Positions 11,191 to 21,424 are shown, counted from the stretch's first letter. The stretch: DNA of 64,000 nt from an uncultured Methanoregulaceae archaeon (GCA_963841015.1 CAWJAX010000003.1:576001-640000); one strand, 5' to 3'. The notes: generated by a model not told the origin, from the letters alone. Program-made: numbers and translations.

Positions 11191-11964
11191 TTATTCTGAT
11201 TTTTCTTGTCTTTCGTGCGCACGTTTTTGGATTATCTTAGCAAGATTCAGCACAGCAACACGGGCAGGACTGTCAAACGGGATCTGTGAAACCGGTGTGG
11301 CCGCAAGATCCGCGGTTTCGACGTGGGGATCATCAGGAATTATGGCTATAGGTTTTTCATTGCCAATATCAACCGGTGCAGTACCTGATTTGAAACGGTT
11401 GAAAACAATCTGAATTCGTTCCGGTTCAAGCCCAAGCTGCGTTGCGATATCCTTAATGCGGGCAATTGTACGCAATCCCCGTGCACCAGGATCACTCACA
11501 ATGAGCAGCATATCCGGTTTTCCGATCGTTCCCCTGCTGATATGCTCCATGCCAGCCTCTGTATCAATGATGATAAAACGGTAATCGCGCTCAAGCTGAA
11601 TCATACATTCTGAGAGCAGGTCATTGGCAAAACAATAACAACCGCTCCCCTCCGGTCGGCCCATTGCTACAAGATCAAAACCCTTCGCTTCGACAAGAGC
11701 CTGCCGAAACCGGAACCTGACATAGTCGTGGCGATTCATGCCCGGGGGAATATGACGGGTGAATGCTTCCTCCCGCATGCTCCCCAGGGTTTCGTGGACA
11801 GTAACACCCAGCGCTTCATGCAGGTTGGCATTCGGGTCCGCATCGACTGCAAGAACAGGAGTTTCTGCCAGATCAATAAGCGAATGGATCAGCAGTGAAC
11901 TGATTGTGGTCTTGCCGGTTCCTCCTTTTCCTGACAAGGCGATGGTAAAGGGATGTTTTAGCAT
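11191..11964 (-). CDS. cooC: CooC/AcsF-type nickel-insertion ATPase
   Basis: SGKGGTGKTT deviant Walker A, DADPNANL, MGRPEGSGCYC (CxC Ni site), DTEAGMEHISRGT. Confidence 0.9.
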   Translation of the reverse strand: MLKHPFTIALSGKGGTGKTTISSLLIHSLIDLAETPVLAVDADPNANLHEALGVTVHETLGSMREEAFTRHIPPGMNRHDYVRFRFRQALVEAKGFDLVAMGRPEGSGCYCFANDLLSECMIQLERDYRFIIIDTEAGMEHISRGTIGKPDMLLIVSDPGARGLRTIARIKDIATQLGLEPERIQIVFNRFKSGTAPVDIGNEKPIAIIPDDPHVETADLAATPVSQIPFDSPARVAVLNLAKIIQKRAHERQEKSE

Positions 11965-11993
11965 ACTATGTCCTGTTTGGTTCTGACGCAGGG

Positions 11994-13035
11994 TTATGCT
12001 CCGGTTTCTTTATCCCGTATTCGTCGGGATATCTCAGCTGCGGTTTTCATGATGGCAAGGGAACCATTCCGGTCAGCAAAACGTATCCCGCAGCTGGGTG
12101 TGATGAGAGACTGTGCGTCAAAAAGGTGTTCCGGCATGCATGAGCATAGACGGGTCCTGATAGCAAGATACTTCTGATAGAGGGTTTCGAGGTTCTCGGC
12201 AGCAAAGATTTTGTATTCTGCCGGGACAATCCCCCATGCCACAACCCCACCCTGCTCCATATCAGCTTACAATGGAATCAGCGTACAGCAAAAATTCCTT
12301 TGCTGTTGCGTAAGCATCGACAGATACAACTGAAGGATTGAGCCCCAGCACAAATTCCCAGTCCGTATTCGAGCAGCAGTGTATCCCAAGCCCACCTTCA
12401 ACCAGTGCAGCAATGTCTTCCCAGCCTGCTCGTACGGTTTCTTTATCGACTGGCACCACTGAAGATCCCAGTGATGCAAGATATGGCTCATTCAAAACAA
12501 CGAGTGTTTCTGTAACGCCGGTTCTTTTTCTCATCTCACTCTCACACCATCGTGCCTTGAGTGCAATCATTTTCGACAGCACATCAGCAAGCTGCGTATC
12601 ATAGTAAATCGGGCGTTTGTTGGCATCGACAACCTGCATGCCAAAGGTGACCGGCCCGGTGACCTGGCATTTCAGCACCTTCGCATGAGACAGGGAATGA
12701 GACATCATTTCGATAAAACCGGATGCATATTCCTTATGCAGTCCGTAGGGGATGTAATTGCCCTCAACATAATCCATGTATACCTGTTCCATCGCCTCTG
12801 TCTGATCCGTTGTACTGTCAAAAAGAAGCCGGTCATCCCTGATGATCCTTCCTGGCAACTGCTCGGAATCATTAAAGACAATACTTTCCAGCTGACCCCG
12901 ATCCGGAAGGGTAGGCACATACGGAAACTCGGCAAAGATCTCCAGAACATCACTGCATGCTGCCGCCGGATCCGTATGGGGAAGCGCACCTACGCCGGTT
13001 GCCAGAGAGTGGGGAGATGGGATCATCTTTGCCAT
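11994..13035 (-). CDS. Core (single-domain, folate-independent) methionine synthase, MesB-like; one +1 frameshift near 12262
   Basis: TGVGALPH, KCQVTGPVT, LNEPYL, IHCC (Zn ligands), WGIVP, ITPSCG (third Zn ligand) of the MetE catalytic barrel. ORFs 12262..13158 and 11994..12260 join after deleting one base (IVSYMEQGG). Start ATG at 13035 lies 4 nt after the upstream stop. Confidence 0.8.
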
Positions 13036-13039
13036 AAAT

Positions 13040-14941
13040 TTACTTCCTCCTGAGCCGACAGGATTCGAGGAGTTTCTGGACCCTGGGGAACATGGTGAGA
13101 TCCGTGTGAGGTAAAAATGTACTTGAAGTGTACTCATCCATAAATGATGCCTCCGCATTCAGTTCGATGTACGCAATTTTACCGGCGATCTCATCGAGGG
13201 TTTTTCTCTCTCTCCGGTTAATAAGCGCAAGATTTGCGCCCGTAACTGCCCCGTTGCCGATATTTTTAATCCGATCTGCGTCTATCTCCGGGATCAGGCC
13301 AATAATTGTCGCATTTTTCTTGTCCAGATAATTGCCAAATGCACCGGCTACATAGATAGTAGCGATTTCGTGTCGGGTCACCCCCGCCTGTTTCATCAGC
13401 GTTACACAGGCAGCATGAATCGAAGCCTTGCTCATGATCAGGTTTTTGATATCATTTTCAGTGATTACGATATCTTTTCCGATATCGGTCTCACTGGCCC
13501 AGACTACAACATACTCCGGGAAATGAGGACCTGTGCGGATTCTTTTGTTTTCCAAGCTGGAATTTATCCTTCCGGTCCGGTCAATGACGCACGCTGAAAA
13601 AAGTTCTGCAACCAGGTCGATTAATCCGGATCCGGTAATGCCCCGTGGTTTGATGTTGTTTATTGTGCTGAAATGAGGATCGAGGGTCACGGGGTTGACC
13701 TCAATCTTCTCTATTGCACCGGGATTTGCCCGCATACCAAAGAGCACTTCACCTCCTTCAAGTGCCGGTCCGGCAGCACCGGCACAGGAAAACATCCATT
13801 CTTTGTTACCGAGCACAATCTCGAAGTTGGTGCCGATATCGATTAAAAGCGAGACCTCTTCGCGTTCATGCATACCGCAGGAAAGGATGTCAGCGATAAT
13901 GTCCCCCCCGATAAAATCGCTGACAGCAGGAAAGGCAAAGAGCCCGCTATTCTGATTAATGGCAATGCCAATCCTTGCTGCCGCTACAGACAGAGCCCGC
14001 TGAACTACCGGAACATAGGGCTCCGCGATAATATACGCTGGATCTATCCCGAGAAGCATATGCGTCATTACCGTATTACCAGCAACCACCACTTCATAAA
14101 TATCCTCACGGTCGATACCCGCGGTATTTGCAGCAGAGGTAAGTGCTGCATTGATGCTCTCTACAGCGAGGGCCTGGAGTTTTGTAAGCCCGTTTTTCCG
14201 GGCAAAATTCACGCGTGCGAGGATATCTTCTCCACAGCTGATCTGCCGGTTATAGTTCGAGGCAACAGCAACTACCTTGCCATCCACCAGATCCCAAAGA
14301 TAAACAACTACCGTCGTAGACCCGAGATCTATCGCAGCACCATAAATATGTTTTGAGGTATCATTCTCCTGGAGATCAATAAGGCGGTAGCCGCCCGGGA
14401 CGAGGGCAATTGTCCCGGTAACTTTCCAGTCACTATGACGAAGGAGTGTCGGGATTTCACGCATTACTTCAAGAGGTACATAAATTTTCTCTGCAACAGG
14501 CCCGCCACTTTTCTGGATACCCCATAAAAGCCGGGTGAGATCCGGTGATGGATCGGTGAGTGTTGGTGGCTGGAGCTCGACATAATATTTTCTGACAGAT
14601 GGATGAATCTCTATGCCGGTATCCCGGCCTGCGATCAGAATTTTTTGTTCCTGGATCAGGGTACTCTCGGGAACCAGAACCTGCAAATCGCCTTGCACTA
14701 TAGTTGTACAAGCAAGACATGCCCCTTTTTTCAGTTCATCCTCGTTAAAAAACTGCGAATATTTCTGCCGGTCAAATTCCGTTTTTCCTGATTGTACATA
14801 GACAACACACTTGCCACATTTTCCCTGTCCGCCGCAGACAACATTTATGTTCAGTCCTGCTCTCTGGGCAGCATCAAGAATAGTGCTGCCACGTGCTACG
14901 TCAATTTTGCGATAACTCGGAAGAAAGGTTACCGTGCGCAT
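13040..14941 (-). CDS. ATP-dependent reductive activator of corrinoid proteins (RACo/AcsV; 2Fe-2S + ASKHA, DUF4445)
   Basis: N-terminal CGGQGKCGKC...LAC ferredoxin; AIDLGSTTV, IDIGTNFE, AGPALEG, GITGSG, AGAFG motifs. Confidence 0.92.
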   Translation of the reverse strand: MRTVTFLPSYRKIDVARGSTILDAAQRAGLNINVVCGGQGKCGKCVVYVQSGKTEFDRQKYSQFFNEDELKKGACLACTTIVQGDLQVLVPESTLIQEQKILIAGRDTGIEIHPSVRKYYVELQPPTLTDPSPDLTRLLWGIQKSGGPVAEKIYVPLEVMREIPTLLRHSDWKVTGTIALVPGGYRLIDLQENDTSKHIYGAAIDLGSTTVVVYLWDLVDGKVVAVASNYNRQISCGEDILARVNFARKNGLTKLQALAVESINAALTSAANTAGIDREDIYEVVVAGNTVMTHMLLGIDPAYIIAEPYVPVVQRALSVAAARIGIAINQNSGLFAFPAVSDFIGGDIIADILSCGMHEREEVSLLIDIGTNFEIVLGNKEWMFSCAGAAGPALEGGEVLFGMRANPGAIEKIEVNPVTLDPHFSTINNIKPRGITGSGLIDLVAELFSACVIDRTGRINSSLENKRIRTGPHFPEYVVVWASETDIGKDIVITENDIKNLIMSKASIHAACVTLMKQAGVTRHEIATIYVAGAFGNYLDKKNATIIGLIPEIDADRIKNIGNGAVTGANLALINRRERKTLDEIAGKIAYIELNAEASFMDEYTSSTFLPHTDLTMFPRVQKLLESCRLRRK

Positions 14942-15061
14942 GATGATCTGACCTTAACATTACCATTGGTAAGAGAGATAAGAAATATGCTACGGTGATT
15001 ACCCTGCCGTTTTTTAAAAATATAATGCAAATACCCGACAGAAATTTTTTACCCTGGGTTT

Positions 15062-16405
15062 TCAGGATTCAGGCTTCTTCCACTCCTCATGCAGATATTC
15101 TCCGATTTCTGCTGCATCGCGGGGTCCGACCATCACCTTCCAGCCGGTTGCTTCTTCAATCCTGCCTGACAGCGGTGCGGAATAGCCCGGGATAATCAGC
15201 GTTTTGTGAGACACTTCCTGCTCGACACTAAATTTCCTGATCGAATCACGCACCAGCGTTTCATTCAGTTTTCCTGCAGCTACCGCAGTCAGCACTGAGA
15301 GACCTTCTGTGTCGACAATCAGCATAAAACAGGGAATGCGGGTGGACTCCAGGTAACCCTGGAGAGTAAAAAATGTCAGAGAGAAATTCACCGTCAGGAG
15401 AACCGGGGCATCTTTTCCCGGGGTTCCTACACGGTACAGTCCGGGATTCATCTGGATCGGTTTCTGGGGATCCGTGTAAATGTTCTGGCGAAGCGTCAGG
15501 GCGGCTTTGGCGGATGCAGGGGAAAGCGGCTGTGTAATAATTACCGATGCATATTTAACGATGCCCAGTGCGATTTCAGCATCCTGAAGAGGAGGCTGTG
15601 TGGCATCCATAAACACGGGATACCCAAGATCCGGTACTGTACGCGTGATTGCCAGCTGCCGGACAGAGGTTGATGTAATAACAAAATCACCAAGGGATTG
15701 CGGGCAAAGATCCATGACCAGTTTCTTTACCCCTTCACCAACACAGTTTTTTACAAGACAGGTAAGGTTCTCCAGTCCATGAGCCTTAATGACAAGAGGA
15801 CAACTGTGTTTTTTGGCGAGAGCACATATTTCCCTGAAATTTTCATTCGTGGCTGCGTGAAGCAGGGGTTGATAGCTGCCGACCTGAATAAGAGCCTCAT
15901 TAAACGCTTCGATATTCCTTGATATCAGCACGAGAGGGAGATCTGCTGATTCCTCGACTATGGCAACAGCTCGTGCGAATACATCCGGTGAACCGCTGGT
16001 ATTTTCAATTGCAATACCATTAAACCGCAGATCGGTGCCAATACGGGTGAATGATTCGTCCCTGACCCTGACTGTTACCGAAGTGATCTCTTCAGGTGAC
16101 CAGGTATCTGATACCCTGAAGAGGATCCCCGGAGGATGATAGAAGGTCTTGTCATGGCGGTAAAGCACAAATTCCTCACCAACAGCAAACGACCGTTCTC
16201 CCACACCAACGTTAACCAGCTGTATGGGGGGCCGCGTGGTTGCACCCAGCACAGACTTTGCCTGTTCGTCAAGATACGGGCAGAGATCCACATCCGCTTT
16301 TCCGCTGGCGAGCTTCATCGCAAACGTAAGGCAGGTGGGATCGCCACATTCCTTGCAGTTCTTTTTCGGCAGAAGTTTGTAGACATCAAGTGCTTTGAGC
16401 GCCAT
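15062..16405 (-). CDS. acsC: Corrinoid iron-sulfur protein large subunit (AcsC/CdhE)
   Basis: LPKKNCKECGDPTCLTFA...CPY [4Fe-4S] motif; LRQNIYTDPQKP; NFSLTFF; GLSVLTA; VGPRDA. Confidence 0.93.
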   Translation of the reverse strand: MALKALDVYKLLPKKNCKECGDPTCLTFAMKLASGKADVDLCPYLDEQAKSVLGATTRPPIQLVNVGVGERSFAVGEEFVLYRHDKTFYHPPGILFRVSDTWSPEEITSVTVRVRDESFTRIGTDLRFNGIAIENTSGSPDVFARAVAIVEESADLPLVLISRNIEAFNEALIQVGSYQPLLHAATNENFREICALAKKHSCPLVIKAHGLENLTCLVKNCVGEGVKKLVMDLCPQSLGDFVITSTSVRQLAITRTVPDLGYPVFMDATQPPLQDAEIALGIVKYASVIITQPLSPASAKAALTLRQNIYTDPQKPIQMNPGLYRVGTPGKDAPVLLTVNFSLTFFTLQGYLESTRIPCFMLIVDTEGLSVLTAVAAGKLNETLVRDSIRKFSVEQEVSHKTLIIPGYSAPLSGRIEEATGWKVMVGPRDAAEIGEYLHEEWKKPES

Positions 16406-16407
16406 TG

Positions 16408-17364
16408 CTATTTCACCTCTGAAAAAGCCGCAACGCTTCTCATGTCAGTAAACGCTTTTTTTAGCAAACCGACCGTTTTTGGATGACGGACACAGATAAT
16501 CTCGGCACCGGCAACGGCAGCGGCAATCCCCGTATAAAATTCCCACTGGATGGCCATCTCATCCTGCAGGGCAGGCTCAGATTCCCTTACTTCTTTTATC
16601 GTAAGTGAATCGATAGCAGAACAGATTACCGGCATGGCAAGATCGGTGTCCCCTTTCAGTGCAGAAAACCTGATCCGCTCCATGGCTGAATAGGAATATT
16701 CAAACCCATAACCGAGTGCACCGGTATAGGGATCGATCATAATATGATCGTGTTGCACCCCAATCTCCCTCAGCAGGATATTGAGTTGCTTTGCGAGGTT
16801 GACATCAATGGGAGACTGGGCAATTAGTGAGTGGTTATAGGCAAGAGCTGCTGCTGCAATACTCCGGTACCTTCCTGCCTCGGCGGTTCCCAGGAGAAGT
16901 CTTTCTCCCTGGCCGGTCTCACCACACTTCAGAAAAACCTCGCTGTCGATTTTAGGTTCATTGCTCCCTTCAATGATGAGCGGGAGACCGGTCGCTGAAA
17001 GCACGGCTTCCACGGTTTTTCCGACAGTGGAAACATCAGCAAAATTCCGCTGTCGTGTACTGGTCAGGTAAAGGCGAACCAGATCCGCCTTGTAAACCGT
17101 TTCAGCAGCCTTCGCCCAGTCATGCACATTATTTACCAGATCGCCACAGTAATTTCTGATGATCGGCGACCAGTATTCCGGGTTATCGCAGATTTCTAAT
17201 GCTACAAGTGGTGATGTAGATGCTGGGTTTCCATCAAGGAACGGGAGGGTTGTTCCCCCACCTATGCGGTAAGAAATGGATCTTGTTCCCCCTTCTGCTC
17301 TGGTGGCTCCAAGAATTACCTGACCGATAGCGCCATTCCAACCAAAATTAAGATCATATCCCAT
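16408..17364 (-). CDS. acsD: Corrinoid iron-sulfur protein small subunit (AcsD/CdhD)
   Basis: GG.TLPF, SPIDVNLAKQLN, DPYTGALGYGFEYSYSAMERIR.SAL.GD..LAMP motifs. Confidence 0.93.
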   Translation of the reverse strand: MGYDLNFGWNGAIGQVILGATRAEGGTRSISYRIGGGTTLPFLDGNPASTSPLVALEICDNPEYWSPIIRNYCGDLVNNVHDWAKAAETVYKADLVRLYLTSTRQRNFADVSTVGKTVEAVLSATGLPLIIEGSNEPKIDSEVFLKCGETGQGERLLLGTAEAGRYRSIAAAALAYNHSLIAQSPIDVNLAKQLNILLREIGVQHDHIMIDPYTGALGYGFEYSYSAMERIRFSALKGDTDLAMPVICSAIDSLTIKEVRESEPALQDEMAIQWEFYTGIAAAVAGAEIICVRHPKTVGLLKKAFTDMRSVAAFSEVK

Positions 17365-17369
17365 ACTAT

Positions 17370-17375
17370 CTCCTC
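17370..17375 (-). promoter_or_regulatory. Shine-Dalgarno-like AGGAGA/GAGGAG upstream of acsD (GAGGTGA also precedes acsC at ~16413-16419)
   Basis: Purine-rich motifs 5-9 nt upstream of the ATGs; intergenic gaps of 2-9 nt support co-translation. Confidence 0.6.
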
Positions 17376-19404
17376 ACACGAGCGGTTTCATCTGGAGTGC
17401 CGGATGTTTTACCCGTTCAAGGTAGGAGATCAGGTCTTCAATAGAGGTCGCATTTGTCTCATCCGCGATCTTGTCAAAGAGATCCGGTTTATTCTTGATC
17501 CATAAGTTTTTTTACCAGCTGGTTTTTCAGCTCCTCTTTAGCTGGAAAGGCATCCAGACAAGGCGTTCGATGCCTCCGTCTCCCTGCAGGAACCGGTCGG
17601 AGAGAATATAGTTTTTTGAGATGCCGGCAAATCCCGGTGTCTGAGCCCCACCGCCAATAGTTCCGGCAAGCGTTGAGAACGTCATCCCCGAGGGGGTGAT
17701 ACCCTTAAATTCCCGGTTGACTATCATGATCCCGTTCACTTCGGGAAGCATCAGGGCGATACATTCAAAACAGCCACAGCACGTCATCGGGTATTCCATC
17801 ACACTATACAAAGAGCAGCGGTCAATCTCGCCGTGACTTGCCTTTTTAACAAATTTGTTGACTCCTTCAAATTCCCCGTTCTGGGTGTTTATGACCGCTC
17901 CCTTTTCGATCGGCTGATTGGCACCGGAGGGTGCTATCTCATAGGCAATTTTTCCATCCAGCCAGCTTATCGCCCCGCAGAGAGCGGGGTGTTCAGGAGT
18001 GATAACGCAGACATGGTTGGGGGCAAAGGTCTGGCAGAGCGTGCAGGAATAATAGGTGTTCACCTCTGCATCCCGCATTCCTTTGATGCGTGCATCCCGC
18101 TCTGCATATACCCTCTCTGCATCTTTTTTTGCTGCCAGCACCTTTGCTTCATCGGTAATAAGCGTAACAGATACTGCATCAAGAAGCTTGGGGAAATCCA
18201 TGCGGAACTTGCTTGCCAGCAGCTTACCGATATGCTCAATTTTTACCCCTTTTGCGACGACCTCTCTGGAGATTCTCACCCAGATGATATCCCGCTGGGC
18301 AACATGCCAGGATCCTTCCCCATAATTTACAAAATTATGGATCCGCCGCTCAAGAACCGGTTCGTAATCTTTTTTCATCGTCTTCCCGGCTACATCGATG
18401 ACTATTGCAAGCGGGTAGGCACCACCCTCCTTCATCATGTCAATCTCAGGACCGATAACGGTCACCTGACCGTCGGTTATCTCGTCTGCGGAACGCATGC
18501 GCAAAAGTTCAAAGGCAGGAGACCGTCCCCCGCCAAATTCGACATACATCTCCTCTTTCCGGATGCTCTTTCCCTCAAATGCAGGTGAGCACCCCATAGG
18601 GATGGGGATGGCAGTCACATTCACCTTTATTCCTTTTTGCTCCATCCCCTGACGCACAACCTCTTCAGGAGTTGCGGGTATCCAGTCGCCTCCCTGATAA
18701 TCCCCGAGTGACAGGATGGGAAAACCAAGGACTCTCATCCCATCAACCAATGCAATTTCCTGGTCAGAAAGCCCGGGAAATGCAATCACAATCGCTTTTG
18801 CCCGTTCCTTGGCGTACGCGAGAAGACGGGATAAATCACCCGGAGTAACACCCCCAAACATCATTGCAACCCGTGCAATGACATCGACAAAATGAATCCC
18901 GTATGCCGGTGTCGAACCAAGCGGGATAAGACGATATTCGAGTCCGAGCTTCACTCCGGCATGGGAAAGGGATTTGACAATATCGCCTGCAAGGAACGTA
19001 AGCATGTATTTTTCCTGCAGTTCCCGGCAAACAGCAGAAACGCTGTCTGCACCCGGGGGGGTGCCAACAACAAGGGCAAGCCCGAGGATACTGCCATCAA
19101 CAAGGGAGTACCCAAGTTTCCGGATTATGGTGTCATCGATAAAACCGGTATAAGGAGCAGGTTCCCTGCCTTCAGCTGCTGTTTTCTCCGCAAGAATGCA
19201 TTCCGATGCAACGAGGGGATTACCATCAGTCTTTCCAAACACGGCAAGTGCTGCTTTCTGGTCATGAACAGCTATTCCGGTAAGCGCAAACGAGATGGGC
19301 AGGTGATAGGCGGTTTCGTCATAAGAAAGTGAGTGTCTGATTGTGGTGAGCATCGTTTTAAGGTGAGTTTCACCGTTTTTTTTCGCTATTCCCAAATCTG
19401 TCAT
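17374..19404 (-). CDS. acsB: Acetyl-CoA synthase, bacterial-type AcsB (with N-terminal domain); two compensating indels near 17480-17540
   Basis: AFEGKSIRK, PVLERRIH, CTLCQTFAPNHVC...LCGA, PMTCCGCFE A-cluster ligands, GGGAQTPGF. The track ORF stops at 17527, but the conserved tail PDLFDKIADETNATSIEDLISYLERVKHPALQMKPLV* continues in the original frame to TGA at 17374. Confidence 0.92.
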
Positions 19405-19815
19405 AGAATTATTCCTTCTGATTATGGGTTGCCCGGTAGTATTGATATAGTTTCGTCAAAGGGTAAGCCAGTATTTTTTTCCTCCCAGACGACAATTCAC
19501 CAGCAATTTGGTGATAACAATAGGTATCATCTCTATGCTAGCCTGTTTAACAAGAGAGTTGATAGTGAATATTTTACACAAAAATATCTATTTTTCCTCT
19601 TATCATGGTCCTGGTATTGGTAGCTGTCATTCAACCGGTGCTCGTATTATCTACTGAACGCAGGAGACAATAAAAAAAATAAGTGCGTTTTTTCGTTTTT
19701 CAGGTAATTTCTCCGTTCATGTTTGAAAAAAAGAGATATCCTGAATAATTATGATTTCTACCGTAATGTATATCGGAACTCCCATCCAAAGTTAAGGCAC
19801 ATCCGGTGGACATCT

Positions 19816-21327
19816 TTGAAGAAATTCTCCTTTATCGCCCATATGCCAGATACTCCGGGATCCCTTCACCGGGCTGCTGAGATCATCAAAAAATATGAAG
19901 GTAATATTAATCGTATACAGTATGATCGGCGCATTGACCCCGCAACCGTGTTTTATGAAGTTACAGCTTCACAAGAAGCGTTCAGGGAAATTACCCGGGA
20001 TCTTGCACTGATCGGGTATCTTCAGACGTCATTAAAACCTCAGGACTTTTTAAAGTTCTGTGTTTATCTTCCGCACCAGCCCGGTGCTCTTTATGAATTC
20101 CTGAATATTACAACATCGGTGGGAGCAAACATAGCGTTTATTGATTTTGATGATAAGGGAAGACACCCCGATCGTCTCACCGTAAGCCTGAACCTTGAGC
20201 AGAGTTCGGTTGTCGACCACATTTTAAACAAGCTGAAATCATGCTACCGTCTCGAAATCCTTGAATATGACACAACCGGAAAACACCTGGATGATACGGT
20301 TTTTTATGTCAGGTATGCCCAGGCAATACGCGAACTTATCGGGGAGTCAGAAGAAAATTTTTTACTTTCATTCCTTGCTGATACAAATCACATCGTACAG
20401 GAGCTGATGGCACAGGGGAATGATCCACGGAAAGTTTTTGAGAGTGTTCTTATAACCGGCAAGACGATGTGGGCGACAACCCGGGACAGGTTCTATGCAG
20501 ATGTCCAGAAATTTCAGATTACTGAACAATGCACCCTTTTTTGTTTCCAGGTCCCCTGTGGAGGGAATATTTTTTTGATTGCTACAGCCGAAGAAAAAAT
20601 CCTGATCGATACCGGTTACGGCATATATCACCATGACGTTCTGTCAATGCTTTCGCGGTATGGTCTTGGAGATGAACGGCAGGTATCGCGGATCATTGTC
20701 ACTCACGCAGATGCGGATCATTGCGGAGCTGCAGGGTATTTCACAGCACCGATTTTCATGCATGAAGATACTCTTGCAATCATAAAAAAGAACAACCGTG
20801 CATTTGGCTCCCGGAGCGAACATTCTATCCTTGAAGAGTTTTATACCAAGATGATCAACCTTTTCTCAAAGTTCAATACCCCGGCCAACGTAGTATGCTT
20901 CTCCCAGCAACCGGTAACGATGCGGGGAATTTTTCCGGTAATTGGTCTGGTAAGAATCGGAGATCTTGAACTGGAAGTCCTGGAAGGTCTTGGAGGCCAT
21001 ACCTGTGGACAGATCTATCTTTATTCCCGAAAAAATGGGCTGCTGTTCGCTGCAGACAGTCTGATCAACTTTTCGAGTCTCACAAAAGAGCGTGCTGAGT
21101 ACAGCTCACTTGCTGCTTTTCTTGTAACCTCGGTAAACGTGGACAGCGAACTGGCAAAAAAAGAGCGAAGAGCACTGCTTGAAATTGCTTTTGAAACTGA
21201 TAAGGCCATGTCAGCCACGGGCAAACGATGCCTTATCTGCGGAGGTCATGGAGCTGTATCAGTTCTTGAAGAGAACAAGCTTTTTTCTTATGGAACTGTT
21301 GAGCGCTATCAGCCACATACCCCATGA
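19816..21327 (+). CDS. Tandem ACT-like domains fused to an MBL-fold hydrolase (start uncertain; ORF open from 19723)
   Basis: MPDTPGSLHRAAEII...GNI and LPHQPGALYEFL...GANI ACT-like motifs; LIDTGYG, THADADHCG, GGHTCG, AD, GGHG MBL motifs. Confidence 0.75.
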   Translation: MKKFSFIAHMPDTPGSLHRAAEIIKKYEGNINRIQYDRRIDPATVFYEVTASQEAFREITRDLALIGYLQTSLKPQDFLKFCVYLPHQPGALYEFLNITTSVGANIAFIDFDDKGRHPDRLTVSLNLEQSSVVDHILNKLKSCYRLEILEYDTTGKHLDDTVFYVRYAQAIRELIGESEENFLLSFLADTNHIVQELMAQGNDPRKVFESVLITGKTMWATTRDRFYADVQKFQITEQCTLFCFQVPCGGNIFLIATAEEKILIDTGYGIYHHDVLSMLSRYGLGDERQVSRIIVTHADADHCGAAGYFTAPIFMHEDTLAIIKKNNRAFGSRSEHSILEEFYTKMINLFSKFNTPANVVCFSQQPVTMRGIFPVIGLVRIGDLELEVLEGLGGHTCGQIYLYSRKNGLLFAADSLINFSSLTKERAEYSSLAAFLVTSVNVDSELAKKERRALLEIAFETDKAMSATGKRCLICGGHGAVSVLEENKLFSYGTVERYQPHTP

Positions 21328-21424
21328 AATTTGAAGGAGGGATAAAATAATCGCAATTCAGGTTTTTTTGTGTTGAAGACTTCCTTGTAGAGAGTCCTGA
21401 TTAGGACCCTGAAAATAATTATTT

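Noticed and set aside
15062-16405. Corrinoid protein as mercury methylase HgcA
   Set aside because: It lacks the N(V/I)WCA cap-helix motif and C-terminal TM helices, and has the N-terminal 4Fe-4S motif and SVLTA of ordinary AcsC.
17480-17530. In-frame TGA in acsB as selenocysteine or readthrough
   Set aside because: A TAA follows five codons later in the same frame, and the intervening sequence reads sensibly (EELKNQLVKKL) in a shifted frame. Two compensating indels explain it better.
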